The notes beneath the pieces are model-generated. The model saw nothing but the letters and a program-made list of their open reading frames with translations, was not told the DNA's origin and did not search any database. Below are positions 36,599 through 43,946 of a DNA stretch of 43,946 nt, piece by piece. The translations under genes were made by a program, and so were the position numbers. Within the stretch, counting starts at the first letter, position 1, and each line of letters begins with the position of its first letter. The DNA is from a virus (Duplodnaviria > Caudoviricetes), in IMG/VR virus record IMGVR_UViG_3300005263_000077, positions 1 through 43,946 of that record; one strand, 5' to 3'.

Positions 36599-38224
36599 AT
36601 GGGCATAGTCGCGATCGGAAAAGAAACGCTATACGACTCTAATGACTCACCCATCGCTATGCTCTCTCAGGATAGGTGTTCCCTTCCTGCCGATGCTTCG
36701 GGGAATGTCACGACCTTCTCCGGGGCAGTATCAACGTTGAGCGTTCTCATATCCGGCATCGATGATTCTGCCAATTGGACAGTGACCGTTGCGGTATCCG
36801 GGCTTTCGGGTTCGCTCTCTGGAAAGACCTATACTGTCACCTCCATGACTTCTGATTCTGGCTATGTCGATTTCACTGCGAAAAGGCCTGGGTATGCTGA
36901 CCTTATAAAAAGGTTCCATGTAGCGAAGGTGAGGCAAGGTACTCAAGGCGGTCCCGGACCTGCCGGACAGGATGCTCCCCGCTGCCGTGGGCTATTTCCC
37001 TACCTCTCAGCTCCGGCAAGCCCCGCCGTCAGTGACCTTGTTGTATGGTTCTCAGCAACGCAAGCCTACCGCGGAATCTACAGCTATTCCGGCGCTGACT
37101 GGGTAAGGCTGACCTCCCCGACCCCCGATCAAGTCTCACGGTGCTTCCTCTATATTCTCGATGCGACGAGACAAGGGTATGGATCTTCGAGCGACTATGC
37201 ACCCGGATCAGTTGCCTTTGAATCAATCTTTGCCAGCTTCATTGCAGCCTTGCAGATCGCCATTGCATCAGGCGGAAGTATTCGCGGAGGTTCAAGGTTT
37301 GACGAATATGGTAATGTCGTCAATGGAAGCGCGAAAGGTTTCTGGCTCGGTGCCGATGGCAATCTCTATATCGATTCTGCCTACCTTACCAATGTCTCTC
37401 TCATGGGGGGCGGAGAGTTTGGAGGATCGATTAACACACCGCTCCTAGAAGCGATCCCGGCTGTGGATGTTCCTGTTTGGACTGCTCCAACGGCTCCTTG
37501 GAGCGGTGCAACGTTCTGCGATTATTTTAATCTCTACTCCTTGCCTGTTGGTGTGAACCTGTCATGGACCGGAACCTTCGGCAACCTTCAGTATCATACC
37601 ATTCGTAAAATCAGCGGTGATGCATATTCATTGATAAATGGCTCTGGATGGATCACCATCGAAAGAGCAGGAACCTATAGCTACAGCGGAACTATCGATA
37701 TCGTGACTCTCGCAGGCTCCTTAAAGCTAAAAGGAACAACCAGTGTCACCGGAAATCTTCTTCCAAATGGCTCGAATTCTTTTGATATTGGGGATGCTGG
37801 ATCGAATAAATGGCGGTACGGCTATTTTTCAGCGTTGTACGGAGCTGTTGGGAATGATTTCGCTGATGCGCTCGATATGCCCACTGACGAAATCGAACCC
37901 GGATTTGTCGCATCGTTCCATAAGGGTGTTATCAGGAAAACTGCTCATCGGAATGATCCGGCAGCATTAGGAATTATCTCGGATACCTACTCTTTCCGGG
38001 CAGGCGTAGAAAACAAGGGAGCGCCTATTGCTGTTGCCGGGTATGTCCTTGCACATGTTGATACCGCCTACAAGGCTGGGACGAAGCTCACTGCATCGAG
38101 AGATGGATGCCTTACACGTGCCTATCCTTGGGAAAGAACGCTCGCATTGTTCATCGCCACGCCAATAGCTTCTCACTGGAATGATGTGCAAGTACGAGGG
38201 CGTTCAATTGTGAAGGTGGCCTAA
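36599..38224 (+). CDS. Tail fibre / receptor-binding protein with C-terminal chaperone-like domain
   Basis: Short collagen-like GTQGGPGPAGQD; LLPNGSNSFDIG; GNDFAD...GIISD...PIAVAGYV C-terminus. Confidence 0.7.
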   Translation: MGIVAIGKETLYDSNDSPIAMLSQDRCSLPADASGNVTTFSGAVSTLSVLISGIDDSANWTVTVAVSGLSGSLSGKTYTVTSMTSDSGYVDFTAKRPGYADLIKRFHVAKVRQGTQGGPGPAGQDAPRCRGLFPYLSAPASPAVSDLVVWFSATQAYRGIYSYSGADWVRLTSPTPDQVSRCFLYILDATRQGYGSSSDYAPGSVAFESIFASFIAALQIAIASGGSIRGGSRFDEYGNVVNGSAKGFWLGADGNLYIDSAYLTNVSLMGGGEFGGSINTPLLEAIPAVDVPVWTAPTAPWSGATFCDYFNLYSLPVGVNLSWTGTFGNLQYHTIRKISGDAYSLINGSGWITIERAGTYSYSGTIDIVTLAGSLKLKGTTSVTGNLLPNGSNSFDIGDAGSNKWRYGYFSALYGAVGNDFADALDMPTDEIEPGFVASFHKGVIRKTAHRNDPAALGIISDTYSFRAGVENKGAPIAVAGYVLAHVDTAYKAGTKLTASRDGCLTRAYPWERTLALFIATPIASHWNDVQVRGRSIVKVA

Positions 38225-38306
38225 AACGTCAGGCGAAATCCTCGTTACGAATGCCGCCTTTTCAAAGACGAGCGGGTGGCAATACTACAATTCGAGCAGA
38301 GTCACC

Positions 38307-38759
38307 ATGGGGCCTGATGTTGTAACCCGGTACATAAACGGGCATCGATGCGGAGCAAATGCAAGGCTCTATGACACGATCTTCACCGACAACAACCTGA
38401 CCATGACCATCTATTACGCAAGCGTAGATGGAGGAACCTGGTACGCAAGCAACTCGGTCAGTTGGGAAGCCGTAAATGGTACTGCTATCCAGGAAATCTA
38501 CTGTGCAAATGCTCATGCAGGGTTCTTGCGTTGGCGTGTTGATTGGCAAGCTACTGGTGGTGATAGCAAGACCTATGTTGATTATTCATGCCTAACCGCT
38601 TTCGCTGCTTATGATGCAGATCGCGTTACCTCTCCTCGGCACTCGATAGGCAAGAAACTCTATGAGCTTGCCTCATGGAATTTTTCAAGTTCATTTCCAA
38701 ATCTCAATACAGTCGCAGGGAACCTGCTCACAACGGCAAGAGTCATCATCGCAGCCTAG
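38307..38759 (+). CDS. Tail-associated hypothetical protein (true start probably upstream)
   Basis: Frame is open from 38214; first ATG at 38307. Confidence 0.6.
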   Translation: MGPDVVTRYINGHRCGANARLYDTIFTDNNLTMTIYYASVDGGTWYASNSVSWEAVNGTAIQEIYCANAHAGFLRWRVDWQATGGDSKTYVDYSCLTAFAAYDADRVTSPRHSIGKKLYELASWNFSSSFPNLNTVAGNLLTTARVIIAA

Positions 38760-38768
38760 GAGGTTAAA

Positions 38769-39215
38769 TTGGGCATTTTCGCAGACATCGACGGAGCTTT
38801 CACGACAACTCGAGTCCCGATGAAGGACGTGTACCTTCGCATTAACCAGGTTTCGGTAAACCCGAAATTCCAAGTAGTCCGTATCTCATTATTCGGATAC
38901 GTGAATAAAGACTCAGGGCAGCTTCTTAGAAATGAAGAGTATGAAATGGCGCGATATATCGATTCAGTATATCAAACCACCGGGATAAGCCTCACGAATG
39001 ATGCTCAGATTACGATGGGCTTTCTGATCAACCGCGACGCTTCAATTCCGCCAGCGCAAAGCCCTATGGAGCCAACCCCTATATTCCGGGATGTCTACAC
39101 GGTGAAGTTGTCTGAACTAAACGCTAGCGCGATGACAGTCTCGGCTCTGTATCCCCACCTTTATACAGCCCTTAAAGCCGATCCGAGGTTTCAAAATATT
39201 CGAGACGATCTCTAG
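38769..39215 (+). CDS. Putative tail fibre assembly protein
   Basis: GGAGG-TTG start; C-terminal LYTALKADPRFQNIRD pattern. Confidence 0.5.
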   Translation: MGIFADIDGAFTTTRVPMKDVYLRINQVSVNPKFQVVRISLFGYVNKDSGQLLRNEEYEMARYIDSVYQTTGISLTNDAQITMGFLINRDASIPPAQSPMEPTPIFRDVYTVKLSELNASAMTVSALYPHLYTALKADPRFQNIRDDL

Positions 39216-39223
39216 GAGAGTCG

Positions 39224-39514
39224 ATGGATCAGAATATCCCTGTCGTTCTCGCCATAGCTTCATTACTTGGGAGCCTCATTGTTATTGAACGTTTTCGTAG
39301 CGATAAGAGGGCCGTCGCCGTGAATGATGGAAGAAAAGAACAAGTAAACATGCAAGTCCGCGAAGATATCGTGGATCTTAAAAAGCGAGTGAACGTTCTT
39401 GAGGAGAAATTCAACGCGAACAACATAGACCTAGCTGAGATTAAGCGAGATATGAAATACGTTCTTGAAGCCTTAGGGAAGATAGAAAAGAAGCTTGATA
39501 AGGAAGGTGCATGA
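39224..39514 (+). CDS. Holin-like / XhlA-like membrane protein
   Basis: N-terminal TM plus coiled coil; directly before endolysin. Confidence 0.55.
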   Translation: MDQNIPVVLAIASLLGSLIVIERFRSDKRAVAVNDGRKEQVNMQVREDIVDLKKRVNVLEEKFNANNIDLAEIKRDMKYVLEALGKIEKKLDKEGA

Positions 39515-39996
39515 GCCGATCGCTTAGCGACCTAAAGGAACCTTTTCGTACCAAGGCGACGGCTTTCCTGGCCGACCTCAATAGTGATCCGCGTTTTCAG
39601 GCGCTCGGAGTCGTTTGCTTCATCACGGTTGAGACGCTTCGAGAGTTGGATGTCCAGCTTGCCTATGGGGCAAGGCTCCTCGCCAAGTATGCCTCTGCCG
39701 AATACCCCATCATGGCGGTCGAATTCGTGCAGAAGATGTACAAGCGAGCCGGGCTCTATGAGATCAGCACCAAGGAAGCGCTTATCCCGAATACCTGGAC
39801 CTTGAAGAGTAAGCACCTGGAAGGCCTTGCGATCGATGTAGCCCCTTCCCGCGATGGTAAGTCCTTCTGGTGGGCTCCGCCAACCTGGCCGGGATGGGAC
39901 TTCATGGGGGAAATCGCTATAAAACATGGAATCGAGCCGGGTTCCAGGTGGAAGGGCAACAAGGATTGTCCTCATTTCGAGGAGCGGGCTGCATGA
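39511..39996 (+). CDS. Endolysin, M15 family peptidase
   Basis: ETLR...Q, SKHLEGLAIDV, DCPHFE Zn-peptidase motifs. Confidence 0.88.
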   Translation: MSRSLSDLKEPFRTKATAFLADLNSDPRFQALGVVCFITVETLRELDVQLAYGARLLAKYASAEYPIMAVEFVQKMYKRAGLYEISTKEALIPNTWTLKSKHLEGLAIDVAPSRDGKSFWWAPPTWPGWDFMGEIAIKHGIEPGSRWKGNKDCPHFEERAA

Positions 39997-40229
39997 AAGC
40001 AGTTAAGAAAGGCGAGTCATGGAGGACAGGAATCTTTATCCTCACTGGGCTCTATCTCGTAACGCTTTTCGTCTCCCCGCAAGCACTTGAAGTCGTGGGT
40101 GGGCCGATAGTCTATGCCATCAGCTTCGCTACGGTGGGGTATATCGGCGGGAATGTCGCTGATAACGCGGTAAAGGGGCGGTTTTACCGTCAGGAATTGG
40201 ATCAGGAGTCAGGATGTGTCGAAAGGTAG
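39993..40229 (+). CDS. Holin (2 TM)
   Basis: ATGA overlap with endolysin; two hydrophobic segments; YIGGN motif. Confidence 0.65.
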   Translation: MKAVKKGESWRTGIFILTGLYLVTLFVSPQALEVVGGPIVYAISFATVGYIGGNVADNAVKGRFYRQELDQESGCVER

Positions 40230-40645
40230 TATCCGTAGTCATGCTATTGCTTGCTTGCTCGGTGTCTTGTTGGGGGGAGGCGCGGTTTTTGGGTTATACA
40301 GATCAACGCTCAGCAACCAGCGAGCAGCCTTCGCAACCACTCTCGACGCTTTGGCAGAAAGCCGACGAATCGCTGAGGATTATCGAAGAGAGCTTGATAG
40401 CGCAAGGCGAGCCAGTACAGAACTTGTCGAAAGACTTGCCAGTACTTTACCAGAAATCTCAAGAATTGCAGGAGAGCGTGAACGCGCTCTCGCAGCGGTT
40501 CGAATCCTTCGAGAGAACCTTCAACAAATTAAGCCATGATTTCAATAAGGTAGTATTTCTATCTATTACAGAAATATTGCTATTCATTAGTGTCGGGTCA
40601 GCAGTCGCTGTTATAAATCGATTAAGAAGCCAAGAGTCTCAATAA
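40214..40645 (+). CDS. Spanin-like protein: signal peptide with Cys, coiled coil, C-terminal TM
   Basis: MCRKVVSVVMLLLAC signal; heptad repeats; VVFLSITEILLFISVGSAVAVI TM. Confidence 0.55.
   Translation: MCRKVVSVVMLLLACSVSCWGEARFLGYTDQRSATSEQPSQPLSTLWQKADESLRIIEESLIAQGEPVQNLSKDLPVLYQKSQELQESVNALSQRFESFERTFNKLSHDFNKVVFLSITEILLFISVGSAVAVINRLRSQESQ
40216..40539 (+). CDS. i-spanin-like protein: N-terminal TM + coiled coil, nested in another frame
   Basis: AIACLLGVLLGGGAVFGLY TM; R/E/A/L-rich coiled coil. Confidence 0.55.
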   Translation: MSKGSIRSHAIACLLGVLLGGGAVFGLYRSTLSNQRAAFATTLDALAESRRIAEDYRRELDSARRASTELVERLASTLPEISRIAGERERALAAVRILRENLQQIKP

Positions 40646-40660
40646 ATGATGTGATTTTTA

Positions 40661-40689
40661 TTGACGTTCAGATTACGGAGGAATAATAT
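40661..40689 (+). promoter_or_regulatory. sigma70 promoter for right-hand moron
   Basis: TTGACG-N17-TAATAT. Confidence 0.6.
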
Positions 40690-40732
40690 CAAGATAATAT
40701 TATAAAATCTCAAGAAAGTGAGGGCCTTGACT

Positions 40733-41332
40733 ATGATGCTTTCTATAGAAGCGTTCTTAAAAGCATTTCAAATTGTATGGCAAAATGAGCTAAAAAACCC
40801 AGATTCATTGGCACAAAAAAATCCATGGAATATTGACAACCGAGGGGATTGGACCAAGTACATTTTAAGTAAGAAGAATGGGCTGCTCTCCAAGATGGTA
40901 CCTAATCTGCAAGAGGTTGATCCGAACCTTGCATATACTAGTGAATGGTATACTGTTGATGGCTTATTTATCGGTGGTGTTGACCTCTTTCGGGAAGATT
41001 TAAGTTACCCTTCAGCTATCTATACACTGATTGAACATGAGCTTGACAGTAATATAGAAGAAGAAATCTGGAAATTACTACATTGGCGATGTCCGTTAAA
41101 AGTACTTTTCTTTTATGATTGGGCAGAAGATGATAAAGGTACAGCTGCGCGAAAAGATTTTATAAAAGAAAAAGTAAATACAGCAATATTTATGAAAAAC
41201 AAAGTCTCTGAGTTTTGGACTGAGAATAGTAGTACCCAATATTTGTTCTTAATCGGAAAACGAAAAACACTAAATAGTCAAATTACATGGAATTACTGTA
41301 CTAACTCCGACCTTCAAATTAAGCCACTTTAA
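40733..41332 (+). CDS. Hypothetical protein, possible PD-(D/E)xK-like nuclease
   Basis: EWYTVD...LIEHE...EIWKL pattern; AT-rich. Confidence 0.55.
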   Translation: MMLSIEAFLKAFQIVWQNELKNPDSLAQKNPWNIDNRGDWTKYILSKKNGLLSKMVPNLQEVDPNLAYTSEWYTVDGLFIGGVDLFREDLSYPSAIYTLIEHELDSNIEEEIWKLLHWRCPLKVLFFYDWAEDDKGTAARKDFIKEKVNTAIFMKNKVSEFWTENSSTQYLFLIGKRKTLNSQITWNYCTNSDLQIKPL

Positions 41333-41358
41333 CATAGTCTCAAAATGGAGGCACTTCG

Positions 41359-41676
41359 ATGTCAAACAAGGTAAGTCTTCCGAGTGATTGGATATGGGAC
41401 GGGAAATTACTAAAGCCGAAATATGGTGCAACAGCGTCGAATTCATGGCTGTTCGACGGGAAGAAATTTAAGCCATATACCGGAGCGACATCATCAAATA
41501 CTTGGGAGTTTGATGGACGCAGGATTAAGCCTGCCTACGGCGCTACCTCCTCTAATACATGGGAAGTGACCGCAACACAATTAAAGCCAGCTTATGGAGC
41601 CACGAGTTCGAATACTTGGGATAGGAATAATCAACCGATTGCAGTGCTTATAGGGAAAGTTATCGGGCTGTTTTAA
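41359..41676 (+). CDS. Small protein made of 19-aa tandem repeats
   Basis: Four copies of W-x-(F/W)-DG-x-x-(L/I/F)KP-x-YGATSSN(T/S); GGAGG RBS. Confidence 0.75.
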   Translation: MSNKVSLPSDWIWDGKLLKPKYGATASNSWLFDGKKFKPYTGATSSNTWEFDGRRIKPAYGATSSNTWEVTATQLKPAYGATSSNTWDRNNQPIAVLIGKVIGLF

Positions 41677-41740
41677 AGGCTTACTTCTATTACGAGCAAC
41701 AACCTGAACTGATTCTCTGCATATTCTCAAGGAGTAGCAA

Positions 41741-42433
41741 ATGTTTTATATACAATCACTGAGTCCCGAGGACTGGCGAAAACTACTAGCGCAACCAGAG
41801 AAACAGTGGAAAGATGGATATTCTGCAAAAGAATTAGCAGAAGCGTGGCAAAATTCATCAGGTTTCCCTGAATGTGTGAAGTCGGTGTTGATAAAAAGTG
41901 GTTTAGCTGGTGAAGAAAAAATTGAGTTCATTCAAGGCTTGCCAGAATTCAAGGTAGCATTGCCTGGCGGGAATCGTGCCTCACAGACTGATTTATTTGT
42001 ACTTGCAAAGCTGAATGATGAATTGGTTACAATCATGGTTGAAGGTAAGCATAATGAGCCATTTGGTCCTACGGTCAGGGCTTGGAATACAGAAAATCCC
42101 AAAAGCGTTGGTAAAGAAAAACGCCTAGCATTCTTACGATCACTTATTGGGCTAGATGATATAGATATTGATGACCTTCGATACCAGCTATTTCATCGAA
42201 CAGCCTCAGCAATCCTCACAGCAAAGAAGTACAATACTAAAAAGGCTATCATGATGGTGCATTCATTTAGTCTAGCAAATGATTCCTATCTTGATTTTGC
42301 AGATTTTGCGAATCGACTTGGCTACGCAGCTGGAATAAATAACTTCACAGATTATAAAGAGAAGTCCGGTGTACAGCTATCCTTGGGGTGGGTTAATGAT
42401 ATGCAAATTAACGAATACACTGCGGTATTTTGA
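41741..42433 (+). CDS. DUF6946-like PD-(D/E)xK nuclease-fold protein
   Basis: WKDGYSAKELAEAW, PEFKV, SQTDL, MVEGK..EPFG, RYQLFHRTASA, VHSF. Confidence 0.7.
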   Translation: MFYIQSLSPEDWRKLLAQPEKQWKDGYSAKELAEAWQNSSGFPECVKSVLIKSGLAGEEKIEFIQGLPEFKVALPGGNRASQTDLFVLAKLNDELVTIMVEGKHNEPFGPTVRAWNTENPKSVGKEKRLAFLRSLIGLDDIDIDDLRYQLFHRTASAILTAKKYNTKKAIMMVHSFSLANDSYLDFADFANRLGYAAGINNFTDYKEKSGVQLSLGWVNDMQINEYTAVF

Positions 42434-42506
42434 GTCTCACAGAATAGGATAATGCAGTTGTTTTATCACTTTCACTCTCGATTTCTAATATATTTGGAAC
42501 CATGAT

Positions 42507-42558
42507 AACCACTCTAGCTAAGACTTGAGTTGTCACCCAAGTCTTGGCTAGAGTGGTT
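42507..42558. repeat. 21-bp inverted repeat between convergent genes
   Basis: AACCACTCTAGCTAAGACTTG-N10-CAAGTCTTGGCTAGAGTGGTT, one mismatch (G-U compatible). Confidence 0.85.
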
Positions 42559-42593
42559 CTAAAGTCGAATTAGAACTGCTATCGAGAAAAATA

Positions 42594-43946
42594 TTACGCA
42601 CTCTTCTTCTTGAAATTGATTACTTGTCCAAAAGCTTCATCTGCCGCCTGATTCAATGTCTTCAATTGCCCTTCCAGCTCATGATTCGCATAATGTTCGA
42701 GCATTTCAGTTGTTGAATGGCCGGTCGCATGTGCAACAATCCTTGCATCAAGCTTAGCAGCAAGCTGAGCGGTAAAATAGTGCCGCCAAGAATGAAAGCA
42801 GAGTCCTCGTTCTTTTCGTTCTTCTTCCTTGATCCCAATCTTATCTAGAGCATCATAGAATCCATCTAGCAATACATTCCCTACCATCGGCTTATCCGGT
42901 AAAAGCCCATAAAAGACAAAGCCTTTGCGTCCATGTGGATTAGAATCAACCAGAGCAATCAGCTCTTTCCGAATCGAAGGAATAAGAGGAGCTATTCGCT
43001 CCTTCGAGGTTTTCGTACACTTTAGCCCGTCTTCCACTGACCATGAATGCCGGACATATATGCGATCTTCTCCGATGTCTTCACGCTGCAATGCCAACAC
43101 TTCCCCAGCTCTTAGCCCGGAAGTCATGGATAGTTTAGAGGCTAGCTTTGCCCTTTCATCTTTCCATTCAACTTCAAAAAGCCGCTTTGCCTCTGATTCC
43201 GTCAGGATTCCACGCTTTTTTGCTTCACCTGAGAACCGCATAAGCCCTTTTGTTGGATCAGTGGTGATTTCATCATGCATGTATGCCCATTTGAGCGGGA
43301 GGCATCCCGCATTCATGATTCCATTGATTGTCGCAACCGATATACGCTTCTTCGATAGTGATTTTTTAGGCTTCTTTCCCTTATTCCCGCCGACTTGCTT
43401 TTCAGCCAGCCATAAAGAGAAATCACGAATCTTCTGTTTGGTGACCTCCCCGATCATGAGTTCCCTTCCAAAGTACTCTTCCCAATAGTGGATACGATGC
43501 TGACAATCGAGGGCATGATAACGGCCAATTCTTTGACCGTGGAGAAGTTTTTCCTTGATATAGGGTGATTTATCGAAATCCCAGAAGGTTTCCTGATATT
43601 CAATAAGCTTCGCTGTTGAGCTTGAGTTCGCAAGCAAAGCAGATTCGAGATACTTAGCACTCTTCAATGTGACAAGAAGGGTATCAAGCTGCGCTTCTGA
43701 AAGCTTCTTGGTCCGGATAATCTGGACAACCGAGTTGACGGCAATATCATTCTGGATCGATTGTGTAGCAGCCTCTTCATCTTTAGAAAACCCATTACTC
43801 ATCCATTCTATAACGACGCGATAGGCATCCTTCTGGTTCTTCTTCTTTGTTGAACGCTGGATACCGGGCATACCAGTAATAGGGTCCTTGAACTGAACGT
43901 AATAGACTCCGTTCCTAAGGTAGAGTGAGAATTCTTGATTGTTCAT
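42594..43946 (-). CDS. int: Tyrosine recombinase / integrase
   Basis: SGLRAGE (R), TKTSK (K), FHSWRH (HxxR), TGH...HY catalytic residues. Confidence 0.95.
   Translation of the reverse strand: MNNQEFSLYLRNGVYYVQFKDPITGMPGIQRSTKKKNQKDAYRVVIEWMSNGFSKDEEAATQSIQNDIAVNSVVQIIRTKKLSEAQLDTLLVTLKSAKYLESALLANSSSTAKLIEYQETFWDFDKSPYIKEKLLHGQRIGRYHALDCQHRIHYWEEYFGRELMIGEVTKQKIRDFSLWLAEKQVGGNKGKKPKKSLSKKRISVATINGIMNAGCLPLKWAYMHDEITTDPTKGLMRFSGEAKKRGILTESEAKRLFEVEWKDERAKLASKLSMTSGLRAGEVLALQREDIGEDRIYVRHSWSVEDGLKCTKTSKERIAPLIPSIRKELIALVDSNPHGRKGFVFYGLLPDKPMVGNVLLDGFYDALDKIGIKEEERKERGLCFHSWRHYFTAQLAAKLDARIVAHATGHSTTEMLEHYANHELEGQLKTLNQAADEAFGQVINFKKKSA

Larger units (their letters stand above)
1..43946. mobile_element. 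Temperate phage / prophage with podovirus-like (P22/T7-style, short-tail) morphogenesis module
   Basis: Integrase, repressor, replication/recombination genes, TerS/TerL, portal, scaffold, capsid, adaptor/nozzle, ejection-like proteins, tail fibres and lysis genes in modular order. No tape measure, major tail or sheath gene recognised. Confidence 0.93.

Noticed and set aside
41385-41620. CRISPR-like or DGR repeats
   Set aside because: The repeats are in-frame 57-nt coding units with synonymous divergence; no spacers, cas genes or reverse transcriptase in the window.

Overview
A ~44 kb temperate phage/prophage, trimmed to gene boundaries (NinG-like stop at base 1, tyrosine integrase start at the last base). 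The host is probably a spirochaete; this is inferred from the integrase style and a lipoprotein signal. From left to right it carries: a leftward replication/recombination operon (NinG, replication initiator, Gp157, Xis-like, SSB, Sak4-like AAA ATPase); an XRE repressor; an AT-rich MmeI-like Type IIL R-M gene; a leftward early accessory region (ArdC-like, RadC/JAB, small ORFs, a DUF3800 + RelE/PBECR-like pair); an RHH regulator and small terminase; a three-gene AT-rich moron; a podovirus-like morphogenesis module (TerL, portal, scaffold, capsid, adaptor, nozzle, ejection proteins, tail fibres, no tape measure); a lysis cassette; a second three-gene moron; and the integrase. The most notable signal is non-coding. 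A promoter-driven, extensively base-paired minus-strand RNA (~14655 to 13345, ~880 nt of structured sequence) ends in a tRNA-like T-arm. It carries a 127-aa basic ORF looped out on a 26-bp stem, and its promoter is flanked by palindromic operators shared with the RHH promoter. There are also two small plus-strand antisense RNAs with their own sigma70-like promoters, one positioned to control an attenuator before ardC and one opposite the DUF3800 pair. Two spanin-like genes overlap completely, with starts 2 nt apart. All calls come from reading by eye; no database search or folding program was run.
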